Part shown: one piece after another, positions 24,691-37,689 of the stretch
How the letters are laid out: every line of letters starts with the position of its first letter
Position numbering within the stretch: position 1 is the stretch's first letter
Origin: Somniosus microcephalus
Taxonomy: Eukaryota
Direction of reading: 5' to 3'
Assembly: GCA_052327205.1 (NCBI GenBank)
Contig: CM126221.1
Span: 55,056,001-55,120,000 of the forward strand
Length of the DNA stretch: 64,000 nucleotides
The notes under the pieces: model-generated
The model's input: the letters and a program-made list of their open reading frames with translations, nothing else
The model's database searches: none
Told to the model about the DNA's origin: nothing
Position numbers and translations under genes: made by a program

Positions 24691-27600
24691 AGACCCTTGC
24701 ACACGCATGTTTGTACAGTCTGTGCCAATATTGGTGAAGGAGGGTCTTCAGGAGTGAATCATTATCGGGTATAGCAAATAAGCTACCAAAAGCATGTAAT
24801 TGTATAGGGATTGGCTGACTAGTGCAAAGAATGTGTACTGCAATCAGTCTGTGGTAAAATCGGTATGCAATCATATTGCAGACTTCTTGTATCTAGCTTG
24901 AAAAACAGTCTGACTCAAGCCTGTGTGCATGACTGGTATATAATACAGCCTCTTCTCAAAAGACTTTATGCTAATGACTGGGGTGGGTTGTGTAGCAGAC
25001 TGTTGTCAATTAGAAATTCTTGGATACAACCTTGCATATAATTGGTAGAAGAGGCAGCAGCAGTGAGTTGGCACAACATTCACTAATGGGCTCTAAGAAA
25101 TGGATGCTTTGCTCTTGGTACCAGTGTCCGTTCGCTCAGGGATATGATTACTGATAGAATATTTGAATGTCAAAATACTGTTGGCATTTAGAAATTGAAT
25201 GTTTGCTTTTGTCATGAAATATCTAACATCTGTCATGTTGTATGTCGTAACTCATATATTTTGGATATTGCATGACTGCCCAGCTATAGACCTAAAAAAA
25301 AAATGTTCAATTACAGCAATGTTACTGCAATGTTGGAGCTAGATCTAGCAGCATAGTCTCTTATTTCCCCGTGTGTTCTTGTCAGTATCATGGGGATAGG
25401 TGCCAATCTGAGTTGAAACAGTCTGGCTCCGAGCCACTTCAATATACATCAGTTAGGAGTTGGGAGTGAGTATCCTCTCTGCCATCTCAGTTACAGAATG
25501 ATCTATGATGCAAGGAGACCTAAATAAGGATAAAATGTATTTGAAGAAACTAAACTGGGGATGTGCAGAAATGTACTGCGTCCATACTAGCAGGCACTCT
25601 GAGCTGATCTGTAATATCTGACCATATTGTACATTTGTGCAGGAAATTGAAATACCACTCGGTGCTTGCTTAAGTATGTGGACTTGGTGCAGTATGTTTG
25701 TGTTGGTCCAGCTGTATTCTCACCAGTGCTGGCCACGTAATGTGGCCTTGCCTGTGCTGGACAGATGATGGCGGGGTGGTTAATGCTGCTCCTACAGATT
25801 AAATTTATATGCTATTTTAATAACACTTGTGATTTTCAATTCTACTGAAGCCCCCAAAATCTTTTAAATCTCAAGGAATTAAAAGAAAAATCTGCAATTG
25901 CTGAAACCTTGAACAAAATCATAAAATGTTAGCAATACACAGCACTGTTGTGATAAAGGGTCTGCCTGAAACATTAATATCTCGCTCACACTCTCAATGC
26001 TGAAAGACTAGCTCTGCATTTTCTTTTTTAGATCTGGCATTGAGCGAGTTTGGAAATTGTGTACATTTCTAAAATACCTGAAACTCAACATTGGCAATTC
26101 ATAGAAGCATCGGAGCATCTTTCTGTGCGTTTGAAATTCATGGGTTGACCCCGGGGATTATTTTGCTCTCAAAGACCCATTGCTGTATCTCTAAGTCTGA
26201 CAGTTAGTGGGACCGCGTACAAGCTCTGCATTTCCATTCGTGAAACTTGAGAAGCGGTGCTAATTATACCAGCAACCCTTTTTGCCAATGTTCTCGCTGA
26301 CAAAATGGAACGAGGTGTACTCATTTCTCCTCCCCCCCCCCCCCCCCCCATCCCCCAACCAGCCACTCTGCTCGATACTGACGAATACAGTTAGTTTCAC
26401 TTATACTATTGATCAGCAACTATTTGCATGTCTGAGCAAAGCTGGTGTTCAAGGTGAAAGTTGGGGCATTCATTTGTTTCATACGGTATTTAAAATGTCT
26501 GTGTTGCACATATGGAGTTTATTGTAGATTAGGTGTTGCATTCCAGAGATTTATGACGGTAAGATTCTAAATTGGATATTGGCATTTCTGACCTCATTCC
26601 CAGTTTTGTTTTTGCCTCTTCTGAACCCCTCAGCTTATTTTAAAATAAATTGCATGAGTGAAGCTCAGTCTCCTGTTAATCTAGTCTGTTTTGTTGCTAT
26701 CTGAAGCTCCTGTAGATGATGTTAATGTCTAAAAATAGTGTTTGTTTTTCCATGGATGCTGTTGGAAAAATACTTAATCTCAAACGGTTATAGACATTAA
26801 ATGATCAAGGTTACAACTGGTGCCTGCATAGAAATAATTATAATTGAAGATTTGTTCCTGTATATTTTGGTACAGTACTTTATTCCGTATCTGGGTCAGA
26901 TCAGCTTGTTGAAGGAGTACAGCCTCTGTCCCAGAGGGGCCAGTCAATTACTAATGGAACCTAGTTCTGTGTTGCAACTTTTCTGAAGTGTTAAACTGCA
27001 AATTTAAATTTATTCTATTCTTTGAAAAAAATTTCAATAACTGTTCATACATTTTATTCACACAACCAATTGGGTGTAGAATATTAAACCGTTTTGAAAT
27101 GGCCTGTACAGCCCTGGCAATCTGGCTGAATGTGCAGCCTCATTTTCTGTTTCTCTTTGTGTGGAGAGCAAATCTCGACAGATTCTTGAAAACTAAATTT
27201 ACTTCATTCTGCATTTCACTGGTTAGAAACTGCATGCTTTCACCTAATGTAGTTTGTCACGTGTTTAACCCCAGCTTTGCACCAATGCAACAGTTATAGT
27301 GTAAATGCCGCTTAAATCGGGACTCGACCGGACTGTGGAGCGAGACTTCTGGAAGAGGACATTTTAGGTCACTTCTTAGTTGTGTTATGGGAGGAGGCAC
27401 CTAGATATCATTTACCGCACTCATTTGACAGACCCTCCAATCACACGATGCAATTAGTTTTGCTGCATTAGAGAGGAAAATTCACATTGGATGCATTTCT
27501 ACTATAAGTTTTAGTGTCAGTGTAAATGCAGAGCTAGGGCGCAGTCTGATTCTTGAGCGAGACTGCTGAATTTCTGCCATGTGCTTTTGAGGTACGCCTC

Positions 27601-28138
27601 GGTTTTTCTTTCTGATGCAGCAAAACTGTTGTTAATGTGGTTTTTTGAGGGTTTGTAAAATTAATGAATGGTAAATCATACACTAGTTAATTCCCCCCCC
27701 CCCCCCCCCCCCCCCCGCCCAAATATAACTAACGTTACTTTAAATGCTGTGATTCATACCGTGACAAATAGCTGGCAACAATCTTGAATTCTCCAAGTGC
27801 AGCATTGTAAAATCAAATCATTGGGGTGTTGGGCTAAGCAGAATTGGGAAGGGTCAGTTCATTATTTTTGTTCATTTGTGCCCAAAGGGGTTTAAATCTA
27901 CTTGTATTTATTTAAAAAAAATTGCTTTGGGTTAACTGGATTGAAACATTTGTGTGTGACCGTGTAGTACGAGTGTTTGGGGAATTAGTTACTTGAAAAG
28001 AAGCTCCGATAGATAAATCCAAAGAACCATTTGTCCTACTGAACAGTTATCACTGAGCCCTGTGTTGCGATGATTGTGACTATTCTTAGGATAAATTGAT
28101 TTTTTGCTGTACTTTTTCTTTTTCTTTCACTTCCATAG

Positions 28139-28962
28139 ATTTCTGCAGCTCCAGCGGGAGTTCCTCCTTCAAACCTATCCGCGCTCAGTCCATCATCCCC
28201 ACCGCCCATGTTATGCCTTCCACCTCTGGCAACTCGCCATCTAATCTCCATCTAGTGGGTGATCCAGGATTCAGTTCTGTGTCAGGGCAGCCAAGTAGTC
28301 CCTCCGATACAAGAGATCAAAGCTCTGGGAAAGAATGGTCTTCGTTGTCCAAGCTGAATGGGGTAGATGTTTCCAACTTTGAGACCAGGGCCAGTGAAAT
28401 GGAAGAATCTTCTACCAGTGTTAAACCTTTGCCTGTAGATTCAACAAATCTCTGCAGACGTACATCGAATGTGCTTGACTACTCCTTGTACCCAAATGTC
28501 GAACATCTGAGATTGGAGGAGATGGTGCGAAAATTTGAAACTCCTAACATTGAACCAACCTTGAATCAGTCTGCTTTTTTGGATACGATCTACGGTGACC
28601 CCAGGTACAGATTCCAGGAATGTAGCAAGGGTGAGGCACCTCATGACATCAATGGTGCTGGAGGCAAGGATAGCTACAGTAGCTATGATCTGACTTTTAA
28701 ATCTTTGCCCGAGAGAAAAGCTGCACCAGCCAACAGCGGGCTGTTGGGACAGAGAGTTTGTTTGCGACCTAATGGCGGAGGCTCTGTTCCTGAAGGACTC
28801 CATAGTTTACAAGCACAGCAAACTCTGTGGGCTCCAATGTGGCTAAGGGAACGAGTGCATGGGAAAGAGTTTGACGTTCGATCTAATCATAGACCTTGTG
28901 ACCTGACCGCATGGCAACAGCAGCAATTGGAGAGTCTTAGGCTACAAGTGGAACAAATGCAG
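28139..28962 (+). CDS. CEP85: CEP85 coding exon 3 (824 nt)
   Basis: DFCSSSGSSSFKPIRAQSIIPTAHVMPST...RKFETPNIEPTLNQSAFLDTIYGDP...LRLQVEQMQ; ttccatag / gtaatg. Confidence 0.95.
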
Positions 28963-29588
28963 GTAATGCAGTTGCGTTCAGTTTGTGTTGCAGCATTTTT
29001 TGCCTCAAAAGGGAGGGGGCAAAGGAAGAGGGGTTAGGAGGAGGCAGGACCAGCAATCTTGCTACTGAAGATTTGCGGTGCCATTTCTACCGACCCCTGA
29101 CCTGTTGTGTCGTGCAGTGGCTGAAGCAGCTGCCTCCAAACCTGTATCAAACACTCCAGTCAGTCGCTCACTGGGTCATGTTCCTGCAGCTTCAACATCT
29201 AAGATTGGGTGGGGAAATTACCCGAATGAGGCCGGGTTCTCCACTGACACCTATCTCTAATAATTTGTTGAATAGCGTCATGAGGCGTGCTCTGAATATC
29301 TGTTCGGGTATTTCCTTTCCGAAGTGGTGTTGGTACACCTGCCTGGAGATCTATTGTGTTCCTATAGTGTTGGTCCCTGATAGACCCTATGCAACTGGTC
29401 AATCGTCCTTTGTTCCTTTTGAGCTGATGGGTTTCATGCAGGTGAGACCTGTGTGTCTCTGGCAACAGTTGTTCTCAGTCAGCAGCAACCTTCCCGTTGA
29501 TAAATGAGGACCTTGGTAGCAATGCTCAGTGCAGCTATACCTGGCTTTCAATAGGTTTAACCATTCTTTGTCTCCTCTCTCCCCATAG

Positions 29589-29719
29589 TTTTTGAACCAT
29601 GGATCCCAGCAGTACCCTACTGCCTATACCACTTATGCACATCAGGACCTTAACAAATGGGACCCACTGATGAAAGCAAATGAGAGCTTGTTGAAAGAGA
29701 AGGAGATGGTGATTGAAAG
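29589..29719 (+). CDS. CEP85: CEP85 coding exon 4
   Basis: FLNHGSQQ...KWDPLMKANESLLKEKEMVIE; ccatag / gtatgt; phase 0-2. Confidence 0.93.
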
Positions 29720-30851
29720 GTATGTGCAGTCCATGTTTTCTAAAAATGCGTTCCTCTGGGTTAGAGCTGTCAGTGAGAAAGGAACACGCTCCCACCCATG
29801 TATTGGTGCCAAATGCTCTCCGGTCAAGTGCAGCATGGGTTCGCAGCAGAGTAAAGCTCTGTTTGCTGTACCCCATCAAGCATTTCTGGGTCAATTACAA
29901 CTAGATGCAGAGTAAAGTTCCCTCAAACTCTTATGAAGTACTCTCAAGTCGGGCACAACAGGTTTAGATGCAGGAAAAAAGCTCCTTTGGCACTGCCCCA
30001 ACCCCAATCTGAGCACCTACATGACCTATCCATTTTCCACACCAGCCGTCCGAGTGGCCCTTCTGATCTAGAGTGGCAATTTGTGCTGAATTTTGAGCAT
30101 TAGTTGCGGTGTAAGGAATTGGGACTGGCACCAAAGTTCACCGGGGTCCTTGCACCTGGCAGAGAGCCGTTGCACTTTACCAGGCTGACTGGCTATCGGC
30201 TGTTGTCTGAGATAAGTGTCCCAACACAGTGTTTCTCAAACTGGGGTCTGTAGAGACTTTCCAGTGGGTTTGTGGCAGGAGATAATTTCAAGCCTGCTCC
30301 TCTTTATAAAACCAACGCTGATTCAGTTCTTGCGAATTATTCTCAATGGCTGGGCCCACGACTTGAGGCCCACAGCTATCGCTCACTTTGTAACCAGTGC
30401 TCTCTGCAGATGGAGCCGGTTCCCCTCTCCACGTCCCTGTACCATCCTCCCGACAAGTGATCAGAGTGCCTGTGGGGGCCCTTCAAACACTTGCCTGAAC
30501 GGGTTCACACAAATGTGTACAATCCCACAGTGCAGCTGTTGCAGAGCATGCCAGTGGGACAGTGTGGCGCAGAGTCATGCTTCCAGCAGCATGTGCACAG
30601 GTGCTTGTGCCCTCACTTACCTTGGCCAGCCTGCTGACCGCTTTAGAAATTGTCCAGCACTAAGTGGCTAATAGTGACCATCAGTTGCTGCGGAGTCCCC
30701 AGAATTGATGCGCGAAGCAGGCCCACCCATCTATGATATCTGCGAGTAAATACCTGTTTTCTTAAAAGCATTATTAAAACACTCTACATGCAGCACTTTC
30801 ATATGAGTATTATGTGGGGTGGGTCTGTGATTACTAACTGATTTGAAAACC

Positions 30852-33828
30852 TTCAACCAAGAAATAAATAAATATGATCTGATGGCCATTACAGAAACAT
30901 GACTGTAGGATGACATAGATTGGGACCTGAATATTGAAGGGTACATGACATTTAGGAAGGTGGAGGTGTGGCTCTGTTAATGGTATTAGCACAATAGAGA
31001 GGGATGACCTAAGTTCAGGGAACCAGGATGTAGAAGCGGTTTGGTTCGAGATGAGAAATAATAAAGGCAAGAAGTCACTTGTGGGAGTGGTGTACAGGCC
31101 CCCTAACAGTAACCACATGGTAGGATGGAGCATAAAGGAAGAAATAATGGGAGCTTGTCAGAAAGGTATGGCAGTAATCATGGGGGATTTTAATCTGCAT
31201 ATAGACTAGAAAAATCAGATGGGCAAAAGTAGCATAGATGAGTTCATGGAATGTTTTCGGGATAGTTTCTTACAACAGTTCTGGAGCCAACCAGAGAGCA
31301 GGCTATACTAGACCTGGTATTGTGCAACGCGATAGGAATAATTAATGACCTCATAGTGAAGGCGCCCCTAGGCAGCAGCGATCATAATATGATTGAATTT
31401 TACATTCAGTTTGAGAGAGAGGAGAGTGGGTCCAAGACTAGTATTTTAAACTTAAATAAGGGCAATTATGAGGGCATGAAAGCAGAGCTAGCTAAAGTCA
31501 ACTGGCAAATTAGGTTAAGGGATAGGTAATAGAGTTGCAGTGGCAGACATTTATGGGGATATTTCAAAATACACCGAATATATACATTCCAACAAGAAAG
31601 AAAAATTCCAAGAGGACCCACCATCCGTGGTTAACTAAAGTTAAAGATAGTATTAAACTTAAAGAAAAAGCATATAATTACGCAAAGATGGGTGACCGAT
31701 CAGAAGATTGCCATTCTTTGCTGTTTTTTATATTCTGTCCAATGATTAAGGAAAGAAATATTATTGTACCAGAGAAAGCTAGCTAGAAATATAAAAAGAT
31801 AGTAAGAGTTCCTATAGATATTTAAAAAAGAAAAGAGTTAACAAAGTGAGCGTTGGTCCTATAGAAAGTGAGTCTGGGGAATTAATAATGGGAAAATAAG
31901 GAGATGGCAGTTGAATTGAACAGGTATTTTGCAATCACCAGGGAAGTGGTACTAAGCAAATTGTTGGAGCTGCGGGCTGACAAGTCCCCGGGTCCTGATG
32001 GACTTCATCCTAGGGTCTTAAAAGAAGTGGCTAGTGAGATAGTTGATGCGTTGGTTTTAATTTTCCAAAATTCCCTAGATTCGGAGAAGGTTCCATTAGA
32101 TTGGAAAATAGTGAATGTAACTCCTTTATTCAGAAAGCAGGAAACTACAGGCCAGTTAGCTTAACATCTGTCATAGGGAAGATGTTAGAAGCTATTAAAG
32201 ACTCTATAGCAGAGCACTTGAAGTTCAAAGTAATCAGGCAGAGTTGTCATAGTTTTGTGCAAGGGAAATCATGTTTAACCAATTTATTGGAGTTCTTTGA
32301 GGAAGTAACATGTGCTGTGGATAAAGGGGAACCGGTGGATGTACTGTATTTAGATTTCCAGAAGGCATTTGATAAGGTGCCACATCAAAGGTTATTGTGG
32401 AAAATAAAAGCTCATGGTGTAGGGGGTAACCTATTGGCATGGATAGAAGATTGGCTAGCTAACAGGAAACAGTAGGCATAAATGGGTCATTTTCTGATTG
32501 GCAAGATGTAACGAGTGGTGTGCCACGGGGATCAGTGCTGGGGCCTCAACTTTTTACAATTTATATAAATGACTTGGATGAAGGGACCGAAGGTATGGTT
32601 GCTAAATTTGCTGATGAGACAAAGATAGGTAGGAAAGTAAATTGTGAAGAGGACATAAGAAGGCTACAAAGGGATATAGATAGGTTAAGTGAGTGGGCAA
32701 AGATTTGGCAAATAGAGTATAATGTGGGAAAATGTGAAATTGTCCATTTTGGCAGGAAGAATAAAAAAGAAGCGTATTATCTGAATGTGAGAGATTGCAG
32801 AGCTCTGAGATGCAGAGGGATCTGGGTGTCCTAGTGCATGAATCGCAAAAGGTAATTAGGAAAGCTAATAGAATGTTATCGTTTGTTGCGAGGGGAATTG
32901 AATACAAAAGTAGGGAGGTTATGCTTCAGCTATATAGGGCATTGGTGAGACCACATCTGGAGTACTGTGTACAGTATTGGTCTCCTTATTTAAGGAAGGA
33001 TGTAAATGCGTTGGAAGCAGTTCAGAGAAGGCTTACCAGACTAATACAGGAAACTTTGGTTTATCCGGAGGTTAACTGTCTGGAATGTTCGAGCCACTGG
33101 CAAAAATCAGGAGCCATTTCGTTAGGTTTTTTTTCTTTTCATTGCTTTTTTTTCCACCAGTCAGGCTCTGCAAGGTCTCGCTGAAGCTGTTGCTAAGCTA
33201 CAGAGACGCTTGCAAGGTACGGCCGACGGTTTAGAAGCAACATGGTTTGTTGCCAGATACGGAGCTCAAAATCTCCGTATGTTTCAACATTAGCGCTGGT
33301 TTGTCCGGCAGTTTTGATGGGACGGCAACAGCTCGGTCCCGTCGGTGCCGGATAGCACAAAGTTTCCTGTACCTGGAATGGGCGGGTTGTTTTATGAGGA
33401 AAAGTTGGACAGGCTAGGCTTGTATCTGCTGAAGTTTAGAAGAGTAAGAGGTGACTTGATTGAAACGCATGAGATCCTGAGGGGTCTGGACAGGGTGGAT
33501 GTGGAGAGGATGTTTCTTCTTGTGGGAGAATCTAGAACTAGGGGTCACTGTTTAAAAATAAGGGGTCGCCCATTTAAGACAGATGAGGAGAAATTTTTTC
33601 CTCAGGGTCGTGAGTCTTTGGAACTCTCTTCCTCAGAGGGCGGTGGAAGCAGAGTCTTTGAATATTTTTAAGGCAGAGGTAGATAGATTCTTGGTAAGCA
33701 AGGGGATGAAAAGTTATCGGGGGTAGGCGGGAATGTGGAGTAATCGGATCAGCCATGATATTGAATGGCGGAGCAGGCTCGAAGGGCCGAGTGGCCTACT
33801 CCTGCTGCTAATTCGTATGCTTCCATGT
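30852..33828 (+). mobile_element. 5'-truncated CR1 LINE ORF2 (EN + RT), decayed
   Basis: PLGSSDHNMIEF, KSPGPDGLHPRVLKE, NYRPVSLTS, YLDFQKAFDKVPH, GSVLGP, KFADETK; CR1 3'UTR. Confidence 0.93.
33047..33369. mobile_element. pogo/Tigger-like MITE, copy 2, inside CR1
   Basis: TA|CAGGAAACTTTG...CAAAGTTTCCTG|TA; removing it restores the CR1 frame TRLIPGMGGL. Confidence 0.92.
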
Positions 33829-34046
33829 AACCACTGCTAACACGATGCCGTGTACTTACCGTATGTTTTCCATTTCCATGTGCACATCATTACTGTATGC
33901 AGCTGATCAATCGGTCCCGCATGGTAAAGAAGGGAAGAAAACTCTTACTCTAACGCTGTTCTTGAGTTTGTGCTTTTTTAACCATGTTGGACGGGTGGTA
34001 TTGATCACATTTTGTCCTTGTTTTGTTCCTTTGCATGGCATTGCAG

Positions 34047-34164
34047 GCAGAAACAGCAGATCTGTCAGCTGGAGCAGAAGATGAGGGAGAGCGAGTTACA
34101 AATGCACAGTGCCCTGCTGGGCCGTCCTGTTCCACTCAGTGATGTCTGCATACTCCGACTGCAG
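34047..34164 (+). CDS. CEP85: CEP85 coding exon 5
   Basis: RQKQQICQLEQKMRESELQMHSALLGRPVPLSDVCILRLQ, CEP85-diagnostic; cag / gtactg. Confidence 0.95.
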
Positions 34165-34949
34165 GTACTGCTGCTTAAATGGTGAAACATAGGTCAAGAG
34201 CTGAAGTCTAACACAGGGCACCAAGGTGGAAAAGTGTAGAAGAGGTACATGGCGAAGTGGTGATTGTGATCAGTTTGGGCTTTAAAAGCCTGAAAAGTGT
34301 AGGGGAAAGGGAAGGAGTTCCTGGGAAAGAATGAATTGGAGTGGAAGCTAGTATGATGAGTCCTGGTTTCAACACAAGAACAGCATGTAGGACAAGTATT
34401 TGGAGCTTGGGAGGAACGAGAGGAAAGTTCAGGTGAGCAATGGTTGTGGTTAGTGTTTAAAATAGAGACAAGATTTTGACAGCAAGTGTGCACTTTTGTA
34501 TTGCATATAACCTTGCAGCACAGAAAGAGGCCATTTGCCTCATTGTGCCTGTGCTATATATTACTATATTAAATAGAGATTATAAATGCAACTGCCTGCT
34601 AATAGTGTAATTTCTCAATGCAGTTGTGTGGTTGCCAAAAGTCGTTGTCTCAGTCTATGTATTTACATCATGCAGCTCCAGAAGGGTGGGGAGGGGGGGA
34701 GAAGTCAATGAGAGCTTTGTGATGGTGTGAGGGTTGGGTATGATTGACCCACCTATGATATAATGGCGATTACATGCCACCAGTGTGCTGGAATTTCTTT
34801 ACTGGGATCATTACTGACTGTCTGTATACCCAATGAAACTTGAAGGTTAACGTGAGCCTTTCCATTTGCCAAAATGATAGAATGCAGATATGAATGGGAT
34901 CTCAGCATGTCCAAAAACTATAAATTGGGGATTTGTTTCCATTTTACAG

Positions 34950-35135
34950 GAGTCTCTACGGGAAAATGCTTTCTTACGGGCGCAGTACGCAGAGCGGACA
35001 GAAGCTTTGAGTAATGAAAGATCTGAGATGGAGAAAAAACTAGCAGCGGCAGAAGTGGAGATTCGTCGCCTGAATGAGAGTCTCAAAGAAAATACTCAGA
35101 AGCACACGGATGAGATGAAGAAAATGGAAGAAAAG
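34950..35135 (+). CDS. CEP85: CEP85 coding exon 6 (GC donor)
   Basis: ESLRENAFLRAQYAERTEAL...MKKMEEK, 62 codons; donor AAG|gcaagt. Confidence 0.9.
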
Positions 35136-36559
35136 GCAAGTGTTCAGTGTGTAGTACGGGGGCACTTGGTGTGGCCTGGGGGTCCCATCCACAAAGCCAG
35201 ACTTCTTCTTTCCACTTTTATTGTGAGCCTGGCGGTTTGCAATGGCTTCATTGATGGATAAATCTTCAATCAAAACACCAAGATCTGTTGGTAACTACAG
35301 CGTGATATAAAATTTAAATCCAGGTTCCTGTAAATTTGGTCATATAAGTGGCCCATAAAGCTCTTGTGAAGACCCACCTGGATTGCCTTCCATCTAATGG
35401 ATGCACTTTGACCAAACTTGTGCAGTACTTTATTCTACCACTGGGTGGTGCCATACACTTGTAATGACACAATGCTGGTGCCCTCCAGTGGCAGAAACTG
35501 GCTACTGCTCTGGTTTGGTTAATCCACAGATCGGTACAGTACTTGCAGTTAATTGCACACCTGCCTATTCGAGTTAACATTTCCAGTTAAACTACTTAAG
35601 TTGGCTTTGCGACTGGCATACAGGTAACATTTAAACATGAGACGGGCTTCTACACTGCTGTTTATAAACTTGCTCACTCCTGTTCCAATCAAATGTTCTG
35701 TGTTCCATTCAGCCAGTCCCACAATCTGAATAGTCTGGCTTGCTGGCAATGGCTTTATTTAGTGATCCATTCAACTTGGGCCATTAACTATTTTAAGAGG
35801 TGTTTCTGTTTTTTTTTCTTGCTACCTGAGCCAAATGAGAATGGGCTGTTTGTGTTAGAGGAAAACTGTTAAATGAATAATGATTTTTGTCACGTAATTT
35901 TATTCACTTAACTGTTCTATACTTTTATCTGTTAACTGTTGCATTAAGTTTGGCACGCAGCTAACATGGAATACAAACTGAATTGCAAGTACAGTATTGG
36001 TAAAAGTCACCCTGTTGTTTTGGATAACAGCATGCATTTGTTGCATTACAATATGCACCTTTTATAGTGCAGCACAACTCTTTTTAAAAAGAAAGTCTTG
36101 TGATACACCAAACTGTTTAGTAATTTCACTCTGGGAATTGAAACTTTCAACCTATTCAGCATCGCAATTACTGTCCCCCCTCATCAGCAAGACCGGTGGC
36201 GATTCCATTATTATCGCAATGATGTATTCTGCCACAGTTTATTGCCAAAGCGTTTGTGTGCCACCAAAATGTGGGTAAGTTATAAGCATCACAAACTTTG
36301 CACATTGGTGCCTGATGAGGCGGTTTTCCTACCTAAACACAAATGCTCATCACATTGATTGCCAAAGTGCTTGAGCCCTAGCACCTGATGCGGTGGAAAA
36401 GACTGAAACACCACTGAATTGGTTACTGGTGATTTTCACACCTAGACAAAATGCTTGTAAAAAGAGCTTGACACATGGTAAAGCTTTAGAGAGGCAGTAC
36501 AACACTTAATTGAATAAATCCAGACTTTTGCAATTCATTTAAATGTTTTATTCATTTAT

Positions 36560-36790
36560 CAGGGACCGGAGGAGGCCATTCTGCCCCTCAGATTTGTTCT
36601 GCCATTCAGTTAGATCATGGATGATCTGTCACCTCCACTCCATTTACTGCCTTTGCTCCAGATCCCTTAACCTTACCTAACACAAATCTAGTGAGCTCCA
36701 TCTTGAAAGCTCCAATTGTCTCCCAGCATCCACAGACTTTTTGGGAGCAAGTTCCAGATTTCCACTACCCTTTGTGTGAAAAAGCTATTA
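36560..36790 (-). mobile_element. CR1 3' end fragment
   Basis: ggaggccattctgcccctc...agatcatgg...gttccagatttccactaccctttgtgtgaa. Confidence 0.75.
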
Positions 36791-37134
36791 TTGGAAAAGG
36801 TGGAAAAAGGGTTTACATGTGGAGATTTTATTCTCTCAAATGTTGTTCATTTCCATGGGCTTGACTGTAATTTTTTTTTAAACAGGCAGGACATTGTTCA
36901 AAGTTAAATTTACCAGGCTCCTGATGGATTAATGTGAAGTGCTGCCTGGTGTCACACTGCCACAAAGTCCCACATTTAACCTTTGATCTACTGAGTTAGC
37001 TGGGGCAGCTGGAGCAGAAGGTGTTTATAAATGGTCCCAGTGCTTCTAGGTTAGGAGAGAGCATCAGCCCAGGTTAGGAGAGAGCATCAGCCCAGGTTCC
37101 CCCTCCTGATTGCTGTCCATAGACCCCTGTTGGA

Positions 37135-37421
37135 GCTGTCTGCTCTGGCTGTCTATATATGCACACTAGGTCGCTCACTGCTCTGGCTGTCTATATACAC
37201 ACACACTGGGTCGCTCACTGTTCTGGCTGTCTATATATACACGCATTGGATCGCTCACTGCTCTGGCTGTCTATATACACACACTGGATCGCTCACTGTT
37301 CTGGCTATCTATATATACACACTGGATCGCTCACTGCTCTGGCTGTCTATGTACACACGCACTGGGTCGCTCACCGCTCTGGCTGTCTACATACACACAC
37401 CGGATCGCTCACTGCTCTGGC
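37135..37421. repeat. ~40-bp minisatellite (~7 copies) abutting the exon 7 acceptor
   Basis: Unit actggatcgctcactgctctggctgtctatatacacacac with variable (ta)/(ca) length. Confidence 0.95.
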
Positions 37422-37435
37422 TTGTGTTGCTGCAG

Positions 37436-37588
37436 GTCCGAGGCCGTGACAAACACATCAACAACCTGAAGCGGAAGTGTCAGAAGGAAGCCGAACAGAA
37501 CCGAGAGAAGCAGCAGCGGGTTGAAACTCTGGAGCGGTACCTGGCAGATCTGCCCACCCTGGATGACTATCAGAAGCAGAGCCGGCAG
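37436..37588 (+). CDS. CEP85: CEP85 coding exon 7
   Basis: [51 protein letters not shown]; cag / gtgaga. Confidence 0.96.
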
Positions 37589-37689
37589 GTGAGACTGACC
37601 CTGCGTTTTCAGCGAAGTAGCATCTTTCACTCAAGGTTGTAGTGTTAAATACTTGGAGGGTGGGCACGGAAATATACAACACGCCATGG

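Larger units (their letters stand above)
30227..33836. mobile_element. hAT (Charlie-like) MITE of ~630 bp split by a CR1 insertion
   Basis: Left end CAGTGTTTCTCAAACTGGGGTC; right end tttgaaaacc (30842-30851) resumes as aaccactg (33829-33836) after the CR1. Confidence 0.55.

Noticed and set aside
21233-24874. Six ORFs of 1116-1213 aa
   Set aside because: Artefact of a stop-free 32-bp unit; all frames on a strand give the same 32-aa repeat; intronic.
27692-27716. Long poly-C/G runs (also ~24671, ~26332, ~48728)
   Set aside because: Simple homopolymers of uncertain length with no further structure.
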